From the NCBI GenBank assembly GCA_947627105.1, contig CANQUT010000005.1, positions 1-56,400 on the forward strand: a DNA stretch of 56,400 bases. Reading direction: 5' to 3'. Below, piece by piece: positions 17,586 to 28,421 of the stretch (the stretch's first letter is position 1; every line of letters begins with the position of its first letter). The notes under the pieces were generated by a model, which saw only the letters and a list, made by a program, of their open reading frames with translations, ran no database searches and was not told the origin of the DNA. The DNA comes from an uncultured Clostridia bacterium (GTDB lineage Bacteria > Bacillota > Clostridia > TANB77 > CAG-508). The translations under genes were made by a program, and so were the position numbers.

Positions 17586-18371
17586 TTAATTTATTAAATC
17601 CACTGCATTTTTTACTTTTTCTCGTATTTCATCTGCTGTTTGGAAGCCTTTATAATATGGATGTATTTCTTTTTCTTTAAATACTATATATATGTCTATA
17701 GGCATAATAAACTGTCCATTTTTTTGCTGCCAAATGTTTACAATTTTGTTTTCTTTATTCCAGCTTTCAGCATATTCTAAAAAACTAATTAAAGCTTCTG
17801 TCCCTTTATTTAATTTTTCTATTTCTTCTACAACTATGTAATTTTCATATTGTAAAAGTCCATTTTCATTAATGCTTTCTTTAGTTTGAATTTGCTCTTT
17901 TATATTGCTTTGCCAGTTATTAAAAATATATTTTTGAAGGTTTGCTTTAAAATCATCAAGTAAAGCTCCCCATTTTTTTATTACTGTAAATTGAATATTT
18001 TTATTGTTTTTTGGTGTTAATATATATTTGCCATTTTCATTTTCGTCTATATCTTTTGAAACAACTTTAATATCTGTTCCATATTGTTCTATAACAGTAT
18101 TAATATCTGCATCAGTCATTCTTTTGGCATTACTGAAAATCATTGAAACATGAGTAAGTATTATAAATACCATAAAAATTGCAATTAATGATATAACTAT
18201 TAATATTATCTTTAATGTTTTATTTAAATACTTAGACAAAGTATCTACATTTTGTTTTCCCTTTTTTATTTCATTAGGATCATTAAAGTCTATTTCATAT
18301 TTTTCTATTCTTTTTTGTTTTTCTGCTTCTTGCCATTTTTCTAATTCTTCCCAATCATCTTTATTTTCCAT
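17586..18371 (-). CDS. hypothetical single-pass membrane protein
   Basis: 261-aa ORF, acidic N-terminus, one TM (ILIVISLIAIFMVFIIL). No recognisable family. Confidence 0.45.
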   Translation of the reverse strand: MENKDDWEELEKWQEAEKQKRIEKYEIDFNDPNEIKKGKQNVDTLSKYLNKTLKIILIVISLIAIFMVFIILTHVSMIFSNAKRMTDADINTVIEQYGTDIKVVSKDIDENENGKYILTPKNNKNIQFTVIKKWGALLDDFKANLQKYIFNNWQSNIKEQIQTKESINENGLLQYENYIVVEEIEKLNKGTEALISFLEYAESWNKENKIVNIWQQKNGQFIMPIDIYIVFKEKEIHPYYKGFQTADEIREKVKNAVDLIN

Positions 18372-18493
18372 AAATTATTTCCTTATTTTTAATATTATAT
18401 TTAAACTAAAAGACTAAAAGACTAAAAATATAAAATAATATATACAAGTAAATTGTAAAAGTATTATATTTTTAGTCTTTAAAAATTCATAAT

Positions 18494-19165
18494 TTAAATT
18501 TTTTTCTTTATTTCTTCATAAATCTCATCATGTATATCATCTATAGTACGTATATTTCCTTCTTTTACACATTCTACTGTATACCAGTTATAATTTTTAG
18601 CTACTTCACAAGCTGCGTTAAAACTATCTATTATATGATTTTTATCTCTTTCATGAATATCTTTTTGCATAGAATGTGTAAATTTATTTTCTCTATTTTT
18701 AATTAATGTAAGTGCTGTTTCTGGTGGCATTTTTAGGAAAAATACTTCAGTTGGTACTGGCAAACCATATAAATTAAATTCAAATTCCCATAACCAATTT
18801 AAAAATTTTTCTCTTTCTTCTTTATTTGTAATTTTCCCAGTTTGATGTATCATATTAGATGTAGTATATCTATCTGCTAGCAAAATACCGCCATTTTCAT
18901 AATATTGTTTAAATTCCTTTATATATGTTGCATATCTATCTGCTGCATAAAATGTAGAAGCAATATATGGACTAACATCTTTTGCATTTTCTCCAAACTC
19001 ACCAGATAAATACATTTTTACTAAACTAGAAGATGGTGATTCATAATTAGGAAAACTCATTGTTTTAAATTCAATTCCATCTTTAGACAAATGCTCTTTT
19101 AATTTTTCAAATTGTGTTTGTTTGCCACTTCCATCTGTTCCATCTATTATAAATAATTTTCCCAT
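18494..19165 (-). CDS. thymidylate kinase-family protein
   Basis: P-loop IIDGTDGSGKQTQ and DRY motif. RBS AAGGGA is 8 nt before the ATG at 19165 (ORF track starts at 19174). Confidence 0.65.
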   Translation of the reverse strand: MGKLFIIDGTDGSGKQTQFEKLKEHLSKDGIEFKTMSFPNYESPSSSLVKMYLSGEFGENAKDVSPYIASTFYAADRYATYIKEFKQYYENGGILLADRYTTSNMIHQTGKITNKEEREKFLNWLWEFEFNLYGLPVPTEVFFLKMPPETALTLIKNRENKFTHSMQKDIHERDKNHIIDSFNAACEVAKNYNWYTVECVKEGNIRTIDDIHDEIYEEIKKKI

Positions 19166-19185
19166 TTTCTTCATCCCTTTAAACT

Positions 19186-20751
19186 TTATTTCATCATATT
19201 TTTAATTACTTCTATTTCAGCTTCTTGTTCTAATCTTGCAAATAATACTTCTGGCTTGTCTGTTACTTTTATGTTTTTAATTTCGTTGTATTTTTGCATA
19301 CTTTCCCATGACCTAAGTTCTTGTGGTATAGAAAGCTCATCTAATATTTTTTGTGATGTATGCACCATATATGGAGAAATTAAAATAGCAATTCTTCTTA
19401 AATTTTCTACTAAATGGTACATAACGCTTTGTAATTCTTCTGTTTTTTCTTCTTTAAATAATGTCCATGGCATTGTTTCATCTATATATTTATTAGTTCT
19501 AGAAACTAAAGTCCATGTTTCGCCAATTGCTTGGCTTATATGGTAAGTATCAAAATATTCTTCTACACTATGTATTATACCATTTGAAAAGTTTTCTAAT
19601 TCTTTGTCTAATGAAGATACATTTTGTGGATATTCTTTAATTTCTCCTCCAAAATATTTATTTACCATTCCTATTGTTCTGTTAAGTAGATTTCCTAAAT
19701 CATTGCATAAATCAAAATTATATTTTTCAATAAATCCTTCTGGTGTAAAAGTTCCATCTTGGCTGTATGACATTTCTTTTAAAATGAAGTATTTAAATGC
19801 ATCTAAACCATAACGCTCTATTAGTGGTTCTGGATATATAACATTTCCTTTTGATTTAGACATTTTACCATCTTTCATCATAATCCAGCCATGTGCATAA
19901 ATTTGTTTTGGAAGTGGTAAGTTTAAGGCCATTAAGAAAATAGGCCAATAAATTCCATGAAAACGAATTATATCTTTACCTACAAGATGAACATCTGCAG
20001 GCCAATATTTTTGCATTAAACTATCATCGTTTGATAAATAGCCTAATGCTGTAATGTAATTTGTTAATGCATCTAACCATACATACACTACATGTTTTGG
20101 ATCTTTTCTTACCTTTACACCCCAGTCAAAGCTTGTACGGCTTACACATAAATCTTCTAAGCCTGGCTTTAAAAAATTATTAAATAGTTCATTTTTTCTA
20201 GACTCTGGCAAAATGAAATTAGGATTTTGATTATAAAAATCTATTAATCTGTTAGCATATTTTTTCATGTTGAAAAAATATGATTCTTCTTTCATTTTTT
20301 TAACTTCTCTACCACATTCCGGACATTTTCCATCTACTAATTGTGTTTCTGTAAAGTAAGTTTCACAAGGCATACAATACCACCCTTCATATTCTGAAAG
20401 GTAAATGTCTCCTTGTTCCATTAATCTATCAAATATTTCTTCTACTACTTTTTCATGTCTAGGCTGTGTTGTGCGTATGAAATCGTCATAGTCAATTTCC
20501 ATTAGTTTCCATAATTTTTTAGCTTCTTCTGCCATTTGGTCTACATGCTCTTGAGGTGTTTTACCTAAATTTTCTGCAACTTGTTGTATTTTTTGACCAT
20601 GCTCGTCCATTCCAGTAAGAAGATATACATCATATCCTCTTGCTTGTTTATATTTTTTTATTGCATCTGCTAATGTTGTAGTATAAGCAGTTCCTATATG
20701 AAATTTTCCACTTGGGTAATAAATAGGAGTTGTTAAATAAAATTTTGACAT
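19186..20751 (-). CDS. metG: methionine--tRNA ligase (short form)
   Basis: HIGTAYTT (HIGH-type), KMSKSKGN and the Cys-x2-Cys...Cys-x2-Cys knuckle. 521 aa. Confidence 0.95.
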   Translation of the reverse strand: MSKFYLTTPIYYPSGKFHIGTAYTTTLADAIKKYKQARGYDVYLLTGMDEHGQKIQQVAENLGKTPQEHVDQMAEEAKKLWKLMEIDYDDFIRTTQPRHEKVVEEIFDRLMEQGDIYLSEYEGWYCMPCETYFTETQLVDGKCPECGREVKKMKEESYFFNMKKYANRLIDFYNQNPNFILPESRKNELFNNFLKPGLEDLCVSRTSFDWGVKVRKDPKHVVYVWLDALTNYITALGYLSNDDSLMQKYWPADVHLVGKDIIRFHGIYWPIFLMALNLPLPKQIYAHGWIMMKDGKMSKSKGNVIYPEPLIERYGLDAFKYFILKEMSYSQDGTFTPEGFIEKYNFDLCNDLGNLLNRTIGMVNKYFGGEIKEYPQNVSSLDKELENFSNGIIHSVEEYFDTYHISQAIGETWTLVSRTNKYIDETMPWTLFKEEKTEELQSVMYHLVENLRRIAILISPYMVHTSQKILDELSIPQELRSWESMQKYNEIKNIKVTDKPEVLFARLEQEAEIEVIKNMMK

Positions 20752-20784
20752 AAGTGTGCTTTCCTTTCTTGTAATAAGATTTTA

Positions 20785-21123
20785 TTATACTTTGTTCCAA
20801 AACCATTCTAAGCTGTTGTCTATACTTTTTTTCTTTCCTGCTTTTACTTCAATATCGTCAATCCATAAATAAGAAATAAAAGATAAGAAAATAAATACTA
20901 AATCAAATGTAGCTGATGTTGTAACTGCTTTATAAATAAGTTCATCAGATTGTGCAACTGTCATAAATTCAATTGTGTGTCCAAGTAAAATAGCTATAAA
21001 GCAAAATAGCATAATTCCTACTACTAATGATTTTTTTGTTTCCCTTCCAAGATATAAAACTAATACAAATAATACTACTGCTACTAAAACTTGAATAGGG
21101 TTTGTAAAATTAATTACTGGCAT
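20785..21123 (-). CDS. small hypothetical membrane protein
   Basis: 112 aa, three hydrophobic segments, AGGAGG RBS. Confidence 0.45.
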   Translation of the reverse strand: MPVINFTNPIQVLVAVVLFVLVLYLGRETKKSLVVGIMLFCFIAILLGHTIEFMTVAQSDELIYKAVTTSATFDLVFIFLSFISYLWIDDIEVKAGKKKSIDNSLEWFWNKV

Positions 21124-21203
21124 TTTTAAATTCCTCCTTTGTTTATCATATATATTTTATAGGAATATACATTTTTAATATATTTTCCTTGTAAAACATC
21201 TAA

Positions 21204-22571
21204 TTAATTTAACTTTCGTTCAATTAGTTTTGCTAAATTTTCTGCTTTTTGTTTTATATAATTTTGGTCTTCTCCTTCAATCATAACACGAACTAATGGT
21301 TCTGTGCCAGATGGTCTTATTAAAACTCTTCCATTTCCAGAAAATTCTTTTTCTAAATTATTAATTTCATTTTGAATTTCTACGTCATCTTTATAGCTTT
21401 CTTTTTTGTCACTTGAAACTTTAGCATTTACTAATATTTGTGGATATATTTGAATAATTTTTGATAACTCTGATGCCTTTTTTTGTTTTTCTAACATAAC
21501 TCTAATTAACATTAAAGATGTTAATATTCCATCTCCTGTAGGATTATAATCTAAAAATATAATATGCCCTGATTGTTCTCCACCTAAATTATACCCATTT
21601 TTTAGCATTTCTTCTAAAACATATCTATCTCCAACTTTTGTTTGAACTAAGTTTATATTATTACTTTCTGCATATTTTTTCAAGCCTAAGTTGCTCATTA
21701 CAGTTGCAACTATTGCATTATTTTTTAATGTGCCTTTTTCTTTCATATAATTAGAAATTATAGCTAATAGCTTATCTCCGTCTATTTCTATTCCATTTTC
21801 ATCAACTGCTAAACATCTATCTCCATCACCATCATATGCAATACCTAAATTACAATTATTTTTTACAACATATTTTTTAAGCATATCTAGGTGTGTAGAG
21901 CCACAATTTTCATTTATATTTACGCCATTTGGTGTATTATTCATAATATAATGTTTAATTCCTAATGCAGTAAATACTTTATCTGCAACAGCAGATGTAG
22001 CACCATTTGCTGTATCTATTGCTACAACAAAATCTTCACTGTTAAAGTTTTCAAATTCTTCTTCAAAGTTTTTTCTAAAGAAATAAACATATTCATCTAA
22101 AAGATCTGTCCTTACTTCTGCTACACCTATTTTATCATTTACAGCAGTAAGATTATTTTCTAGCTCATCAGAATCCATCATTTCTTCTATTTCTTCTTCA
22201 AGTTCATCTGGAATTTTCATTCCTTTATTGCTAAAATATTTTACTCCATTAAATTCATATGTATTGTGAGATGCTGAAATTACAACACTTGCATCTACTT
22301 TTAGTTTTTTTGTTAAATATGCTACACCTGGTGTTGGTATAACACCTAAACTTATAACGTTTGCTCCATAGCTTAGAAATCCTGCTGTCATTGCTGACTC
22401 TATTAAAGTTCCTGAAATTCTGGTATCTCTTCCTATCAATATTGTTGGTGTATGATCTGTTTGCTTTGATAATGCATAAGCTCCTGCCTTTGCAACACGA
22501 TATACTAAAGTTGGAGAAAGTTCTGTGTTCGCAATTCTTCTAATTCCATCTGTGCCAAAGTATTTTCTCAT
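21204..22571 (-). CDS. glmM: phosphoglucosamine mutase
   Basis: MRKYFGTDGIR, active-site SASHNTYEFNGVKYF, DGDGDR metal loop. 455 aa. Confidence 0.95.
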   Translation of the reverse strand: MRKYFGTDGIRRIANTELSPTLVYRVAKAGAYALSKQTDHTPTILIGRDTRISGTLIESAMTAGFLSYGANVISLGVIPTPGVAYLTKKLKVDASVVISASHNTYEFNGVKYFSNKGMKIPDELEEEIEEMMDSDELENNLTAVNDKIGVAEVRTDLLDEYVYFFRKNFEEEFENFNSEDFVVAIDTANGATSAVADKVFTALGIKHYIMNNTPNGVNINENCGSTHLDMLKKYVVKNNCNLGIAYDGDGDRCLAVDENGIEIDGDKLLAIISNYMKEKGTLKNNAIVATVMSNLGLKKYAESNNINLVQTKVGDRYVLEEMLKNGYNLGGEQSGHIIFLDYNPTGDGILTSLMLIRVMLEKQKKASELSKIIQIYPQILVNAKVSSDKKESYKDDVEIQNEINNLEKEFSGNGRVLIRPSGTEPLVRVMIEGEDQNYIKQKAENLAKLIERKLN

Positions 22572-22684
22572 TATATCCTCCTAATTGTGAATAATTCTAA
22601 TATATATTATAACCTTTATTAAATTACTGTTACAAATTTCATAGCTAATTTTACCATATTTATAAAAAAAATAATAGATATTTT

Positions 22685-23641
22685 TTAAAATTTAGGTATA
22701 AATAGTTTTATGTAATATGGTTCTATTTCAGGGAAGAAACTATGTACTAAAATAGTATCACCACTTTTTGTTGTAACCTTTAAATTAGGAAAACTTTTAA
22801 TAATAGTTTCATCAGAAAAAAGAGTATTCACTATTTTATTTACAGTTTCATTTTCATTATATAATTCATTATATTTTTCTAATATAATACTAGATTGCTG
22901 TAGTTCAACATTCTTTTTATTAGCTAGCCTTGCATAAAACATTTGAACTGCAAAACTGCTAATTACCCAATCTAAAAATAAAAAAACAATAAGCGTTATT
23001 GAAAGTGGTTTTAGCACTTTTAAAGGAATTTTGTTTAAAAGTTTATCTATTTTTGGATTAAAATGTGACATTAAATAAATTGCTAAAATTCCCCAAATTA
23101 TAGAGAAAACTAAACATATTCTTCCATTAATATTAAATGGCATGTTTGAATAATCCCACCATTTAATTTTAAATATCATTTCTCCTATCCAGCTAACTAA
23201 ATACTCTACTATGGAGCCTACTAAAACTCCACCAAAAAATAAAGTATAATTATTTTTGTTAAATTTTTGAAGTCCAACTATCATAACTGTTGCGCCTAAA
23301 CCATAAATAGCGCAAAATGGTCCATATAAAAAACTTTTTCTACTTTCTAAAACACCTTTTGTAATTAACGCAAAAGTTGTTTCTAATATGTAACCTATTA
23401 TGCTATATATTATAAAATAAGCAAATAATCTAGTTATAGGTATATTAAATATGGTAAATTTATTTTTAGATTTATTTGTTTTTTTATTATTTTTGTTTTC
23501 TTTATTTTTTATTTTAGTAGTGCTTTCTTTTTCTAAACTTTCTTCTTTTAAATTTTTTTCTTCTAAATTTTCTTCTTCTAATTTTTCATTTACTTTTTCT
23601 ACTTTTGCTTTTTCTTCTGTTACTGTATCCCCTTTTATCAT
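22685..23641 (-). CDS. membrane protein of the putative ABC-transporter type IV (CmpB-like) family with Lys/Glu-rich N-terminal tail
   Basis: FLYGPFCAIYGLGA block and five TM segments. Low-complexity charged N-terminus. Confidence 0.55.
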   Translation of the reverse strand: MIKGDTVTEEKAKVEKVNEKLEEENLEEKNLKEESLEKESTTKIKNKENKNNKKTNKSKNKFTIFNIPITRLFAYFIIYSIIGYILETTFALITKGVLESRKSFLYGPFCAIYGLGATVMIVGLQKFNKNNYTLFFGGVLVGSIVEYLVSWIGEMIFKIKWWDYSNMPFNINGRICLVFSIIWGILAIYLMSHFNPKIDKLLNKIPLKVLKPLSITLIVFLFLDWVISSFAVQMFYARLANKKNVELQQSSIILEKYNELYNENETVNKIVNTLFSDETIIKSFPNLKVTTKSGDTILVHSFFPEIEPYYIKLFIPKF

Positions 23642-23674
23642 TTTTCCTCCATATATTGCCTAAATATTAATTTT

Positions 23675-25384
23675 TTACATTTTATTTGGCATTTGTATTC
23701 CAAGTAAATTTGCTCCTATTTTTAATACTAAGCCTACACTATATGTTAGGTATAGTCTTGCATCTTGTAAAGCTTTATCTTCTATTATAATTTTATTTTC
23801 ATTATAAAAGCTACTAAAGCTTTGTGCTAAATGTATTAAATATCTTGCTAATATATATGGCTCATATTTTTCACTAACTTGTAATAAAACATTTTGAAAA
23901 TTATAAATTAATTTTATTACTCTTAATGAAGATTCATCTAATAGTTTGGTAAAATCTACATCTTCTATTTTTGGAACATAGCCTGCTTTTTCTAATAAGC
24001 TTTTTGTTCTTACATAAATATATTGCATATATGGGCCTGTTTCTCCATTAAAATTAAGCATTGTGTCCCAATCGAAAATTTCATCTTTTATTCTGCTGTT
24101 ATATAAGTCATTAAATATAACCGCACCTATACCAATTTTTTTAGCAGTTTCTTCTTTGTTTTCAAGTTCTGGATTTTTTTCATCTATAATTTTTGTTACT
24201 CTAGAAATTGCTTCATTTAGTAAGTCTTCTAGTTTTATAGCATTTCCTTCTCTTGTAGACATTTTTCCGCTTTTTAGCTGTATCATTCCAAATGGAATAT
24301 GTACTAAATTTTGAGTATATTTTTCATCTAAATCTAAGTATTTTGCAACCTCAAAAATTTGCTTAAAATGTAATATTTGTTCATAAGAAGTTACATATAA
24401 TGCTTTATCAAAATTGTAGTTTCTTGCTCTATATAATATTGCTGCTAAATCACGTGTTGCATATGTTGTTGAGCCATTTGTTTTTTCTATTATGCATGGT
24501 GGCATATCTTTTTCAGATAAATCTACAACCATTGCTCCTTCTGATGGTTTTAAAAGATTTTTTTCTTTTAAAATATCTACAACTTCTTGCATTTTATCTG
24601 AATAGAAAGCCTCTCCATTCCATGAGTCAAAACTAACTTGTAATAAGTCATATACTTTTTGGAACTCTTTTAAACTAAGCTCTCTAAATTTTGTCCATAA
24701 TTCAGTACATTCTGGATCTCCATCTTCTAGCTTTTTAAAATTGTTTCTACAATTTTCTAAAACTGCTTCATCTTCTTTGCAAAGATTGTTTATTCTTACA
24801 TAAATTTTTGTTAACTCATCTATAGGATTTTCTTCAATATTATATTCTTTTCCCCATAATTTGTAACCTTCTATTAATTTTCCAAATTGAGTTCCATAAT
24901 CTCCTAAATGATTAATTCCTACAACATTGTAGCCTAAAAATTTGTATATTTTATAAATTGCATTTCCAATTACAGTAGAACGTAAATGGCCTATATGAAA
25001 TGGTTTTGCAATGTTTGGTGCTGAATAATCTATTACGATATTTTTTCCATTTCCTACTATGCTTTTCCCATAGTTTTCTTTAGAACTTGCAATTTCATTT
25101 AAAACGTTTTCTATATATGCTTGTGGATTTATATAAAAGTTTAAATAACCACTTACAACATCTATTTTTTGCATAAATTCTTCATCAAAATAAAGGCTTT
25201 GCTTTAAGTCTTCTGCTATCATTTGTGGAGCTTTTTTTAATTCTTTTGCAAGCTTAAAGCATGGAAAAGAAAAATCTCCCATTTTTTCATCTGTAGGTAC
25301 TTCTATATATTCATAAATTTCTTCTTTTGGCATGCTAACTTTTTTACTAATTTCTTCTGCTATTTTTTGTTTGAAATCTGTCAT
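23675..25384 (-). CDS. argS: arginine--tRNA ligase
   Basis: HIGHLRS and MSTREGN class I motifs. 569 aa. Confidence 0.95.
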   Translation of the reverse strand: MTDFKQKIAEEISKKVSMPKEEIYEYIEVPTDEKMGDFSFPCFKLAKELKKAPQMIAEDLKQSLYFDEEFMQKIDVVSGYLNFYINPQAYIENVLNEIASSKENYGKSIVGNGKNIVIDYSAPNIAKPFHIGHLRSTVIGNAIYKIYKFLGYNVVGINHLGDYGTQFGKLIEGYKLWGKEYNIEENPIDELTKIYVRINNLCKEDEAVLENCRNNFKKLEDGDPECTELWTKFRELSLKEFQKVYDLLQVSFDSWNGEAFYSDKMQEVVDILKEKNLLKPSEGAMVVDLSEKDMPPCIIEKTNGSTTYATRDLAAILYRARNYNFDKALYVTSYEQILHFKQIFEVAKYLDLDEKYTQNLVHIPFGMIQLKSGKMSTREGNAIKLEDLLNEAISRVTKIIDEKNPELENKEETAKKIGIGAVIFNDLYNSRIKDEIFDWDTMLNFNGETGPYMQYIYVRTKSLLEKAGYVPKIEDVDFTKLLDESSLRVIKLIYNFQNVLLQVSEKYEPYILARYLIHLAQSFSSFYNENKIIIEDKALQDARLYLTYSVGLVLKIGANLLGIQMPNKM

Positions 25385-25467
25385 TTATAGCTTGTCCTTT
25401 CTATTTTAATTAATTTTGAAAATAATACAGTGTATTTAATTGCTAACTTTAATTTTTATATTTTTAA

Positions 25468-26610
25468 CTAATCTCCTAAATTAATTCCAATATGTCTTGC
25501 TGTTTTTACCAAGTCATGATCCATGTTCACCTTACGAATATTGCTTTCAGGAGTATTGCCAGATACTGCACCAATTTCTTTGTTATTTCCAACTACTAAT
25601 TCAAGTGGAACACTATCTAACCTTCCATCTTTTATAACTGTTAATACATTAAATTTGCCTTCTAGTGCAAGTTCCATTGCTTTTGCTCCATATTTTGTAG
25701 ATAAAACTCTATCAAATGCAGTAGGACTTCCGCCTCTTTGCATATAGCCTAAAACTGTGCATCTAGCTTCTAAGCCAGTTAATTCTTGTAACTGTTCTGC
25801 AACTTTTTCTCCTACTCCACCAAGTTTGTTATTATCTACACCTTTACCTTTATTTGTAACTTTTTTAATGCTAATTTCTCCACCTATTGGTTTTGCACCT
25901 TCTGCAACAACTACTATGCTAAATGGTTTTCCACGATTTTTACGATTTATAATCTTTTGTGCAGCTTTATTTATATCATAAGGAATTTCTGGAATTAATG
26001 CAACATCTGCTCCACCTGCAATGGCAGATTCTAATGCAATCCAACCTGCATATCTTCCCATTACTTCTAATACCATAATTCTATGATGTGTTGCACCTGT
26101 TGTATGAAGCCTGTCTAATGCATCTGCTGCAACAGAAACTGCTGTGTTATAGCCAAATGTAATTTCTGTACATGCTACATCATTATCTATTGTTTTTGGA
26201 ACGCCTATTACATTTATGCCTTTTAAAGATAAATCTCTTGCAGATTTTTGGGTTCCATCTCCTCCTAGTGTAAATAAGCAGTCTATTTCGTCATCTTTAA
26301 GGTTTTTAACACATTTATCTGATAAATCTTTATATACTATTTCTCCATTTTCTTCTACTGGAAAATTAAATACATTTGAATTTGTTGAAGATCCAATGAT
26401 TGAGCCACCTTTAGGAAGTATTCCTATTGCATTTCCTGTACCGTTAGTACATAATCTTACTAAATTATTTTCTACTAATCCTCTATAACCTTCAATAAAT
26501 CCGTAACATTCTATATTATTGTTTTCTGCTGTTTTTATAATTGCTCTAATTACAGCATTAAAGCCTGAAACATCTCCACCATTTGCAAGTATTGCGACTT
26601 TTTTTATCAT
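25468..26610 (-). CDS. 6-phosphofructokinase
   Basis: GGDGT, PKTIDND and MGRYAGW motifs. 380 aa. Confidence 0.9.
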   Translation of the reverse strand: MIKKVAILANGGDVSGFNAVIRAIIKTAENNNIECYGFIEGYRGLVENNLVRLCTNGTGNAIGILPKGGSIIGSSTNSNVFNFPVEENGEIVYKDLSDKCVKNLKDDEIDCLFTLGGDGTQKSARDLSLKGINVIGVPKTIDNDVACTEITFGYNTAVSVAADALDRLHTTGATHHRIMVLEVMGRYAGWIALESAIAGGADVALIPEIPYDINKAAQKIINRKNRGKPFSIVVVAEGAKPIGGEISIKKVTNKGKGVDNNKLGGVGEKVAEQLQELTGLEARCTVLGYMQRGGSPTAFDRVLSTKYGAKAMELALEGKFNVLTVIKDGRLDSVPLELVVGNNKEIGAVSGNTPESNIRKVNMDHDLVKTARHIGINLGD

Positions 26611-26731
26611 AAACTCCTCCTACATACAATTATCTTAATTTTACGTTACTATTATATCAATAAATAAAAAAAATACAACAAAATTAATAAAATTTGTGCA
26701 ATTATAGATATTAATTTAAATGCTAAAAAAT

Positions 26732-26758
26732 AAAGAGCACTTTAATATTGTGCTCTTT
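26732..26758 (-). terminator. hairpin terminator downstream of ORF 26776..27360
   Basis: AAAGAGCAC/GTGCTCTTT 9-bp stem, 9-nt loop, T-runs on both strands. Confidence 0.55.
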
Positions 26759-26775
26759 TTAGTTAAAACTTATTT

Positions 26776-27360
26776 TTATTTGAGAATATTACATACACGT
26801 ACCTTTGTATACTTACCTCTTCCTTGGATTTTCCCTTCTAAGGCAATTGTTGTTCCTTCTCTATACCTGCTAATTTCTGATGCTAAATAGCCGTATGCAA
26901 TGCATGAAATGCTTGATATTGTCCCTTCAACGTTTGGAACTTTAACTTTAAAGTTTGTAGTTCCGCCTCTTGCCATACTATTGTATATTGGAAAGCTTTG
27001 TATTGTACCGACAAGTTTAACATAGTTTATGGTTTCGTTTGAATGATCTTCTATTTCTATTTCGCTTACAAAAACACGGTTTCTTTGATGGTACTGTGAG
27101 TTTTCCTCTTTTTCATACTTGATATAGTAGGAATACATTGAACCAGTTATTGTTGCCCTTCTCCAATCTATGTCTGTATTTGCTTTTATGAAGATTGGCA
27201 CATAAATTTCTTTTCCATTTTCAAGTGTTACTAAGATATTTGCTGTTTCATACTGCTCGTTTGAAATGATTATGGTTTGAGGTTTATAGTCTTTAATAAC
27301 TATTCCACATAACCGTACTTCATTTCTTCCATGAATGTTCACAGGAATAGGAATTAACAT
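26776..27360 (-). CDS. hypothetical protein, possible tandem OB-fold (SSB-like second half)
   Basis: 194-aa ORF with strong GGAGGTG RBS. Residues about 115-190 (VKLVGTIQ...ALEGKIQGRG) resemble an OB-fold. Atypical codon usage. In-frame CGG at codon 16. Confidence 0.4.
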   Translation of the reverse strand: MLIPIPVNIHGRNEVRLCGIVIKDYKPQTIIISNEQYETANILVTLENGKEIYVPIFIKANTDIDWRRATITGSMYSYYIKYEKEENSQYHQRNRVFVSEIEIEDHSNETINYVKLVGTIQSFPIYNSMARGGTTNFKVKVPNVEGTISSISCIAYGYLASEISRYREGTTIALEGKIQGRGKYTKVRVCNILK

Positions 27361-27491
27361 TATTTCACCTCCAAATATTAAAATATAGTTTTAACTTTTA
27401 GGTCAAAAAAATATTTTGGCCTATTTGTATGATTTACGCATTTATTATAACATATTTTATGTAAAATAGCAATTTTAAAATTCAATACCAC

Positions 27492-28202
27492 TTATTTTCT
27501 ATTGCTAACATTGATTTTTGTTACTTTTACATTTAGCTCTCTTGTTATAATATTTTGAATTTGTGCTATTTGATTTTCTTCTAATTTGTCTGTTTTTACT
27601 ACTACACTTACATTTCCATTATTTATAAATATAACAGTATCTTCAAAATCTTTTGTTTTTATTAAATTTTCTGCTATCATAATTGCATTTTTTTCATTGT
27701 TAATTCTTTTAATCTCTGTTTGTGCAAGTTCTTTTTCTTCACTACTTAAATTACTTGCTTCTAATATTTTTTGATAATTTTCAAGCATTTGTGAATACAT
27801 ATTATCTCTATCTAATCTAGATTGTGTAAAGTATTCGTCTTTTACTATTTGTGTATTTGTTTGAGTATATTGCTCTACATTCTCTATATTACTGTTATTT
27901 ACTGTAGGTTGCATATTATTAGTTTGTAAATTGCTATTACTTTCATTTATATCTTCTTTTACATTATTTACATCATTTTTTGATGTATCTGTTTGTTTAG
28001 TGCTATCATTTCCTACAACTTGATTAGCATTAACTAAAGTTGCATCTCCAATGCTAGCCATTTGTTCTGAATCTGCTAAGCTACTAGTTGGAAGCAGATT
28101 TTTATTCATATTTTGCTCATTACTAAAGTTTAAATAGCCTGCTGTTATTAGCATAAGTGCAGCTACAAAAATAACCACTTGATTTTTCTTAAAATTTTTC
28201 AT
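27492..28202 (-). CDS. spoIIIAH: stage III sporulation protein AH
   Basis: Last gene of the spoIIIA cluster. N-terminal TM, Asn/Gln-rich linker, C-terminal YscJ/FliF-like block (...TVIFINNGNVSVVVKTDKL...). Confidence 0.75.
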   Translation of the reverse strand: MKNFKKNQVVIFVAALMLITAGYLNFSNEQNMNKNLLPTSSLADSEQMASIGDATLVNANQVVGNDSTKQTDTSKNDVNNVKEDINESNSNLQTNNMQPTVNNSNIENVEQYTQTNTQIVKDEYFTQSRLDRDNMYSQMLENYQKILEASNLSSEEKELAQTEIKRINNEKNAIMIAENLIKTKDFEDTVIFINNGNVSVVVKTDKLEENQIAQIQNIITRELNVKVTKINVSNRK

Positions 28203-28273
28203 ATTAAATTCCTCCTGTTTATAATAAATAATAATTTCAAATAAATTTGCTAGTAATTAATTTTTCTCTATTT

Positions 28274-28385
28274 GCTTAAATAGTACTATTTTCGCAGTTT
28301 TGAAAGGTCCCGTTCTGAGTTACTTCTATGAACTAACTTCTGCAACGGGCAATTTGAAAAACAAGAAAACTAGTACTATTTAAGC
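28274..28385 (+). repeat. 112-bp palindromic intergenic repeat, copy 1
   Basis: GCTTAAATAGTACT...AGTACTATTTAAGC terminal inverted repeats. 111/112 identical to copy 2. Confidence 0.9.
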
Positions 28386-28421
28386 TAAAATATAATTATA
28401 AATGTTATATAGTAACTATTT

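Noticed and set aside
18395-18480. ACTAAAAG mini tandem repeat and a 16-bp inverted repeat (18417-18432 / 18465-18480) after the tmk-like gene.
   Set aside because: This is most simply a long-loop terminator or AT-rich hairpin at an operon end. It is too short and AT-rich to argue for anything more.
25468-26610. Mixed phosphoryl-donor signature in the phosphofructokinase (GGDG as in ATP-PFK but PKTIDND with Lys as in PPi-PFK).
   Set aside because: As I recall, this combination is known in a PFK subgroup from anaerobes. It cannot be resolved from sequence alone and is not unusual enough to list as a finding.
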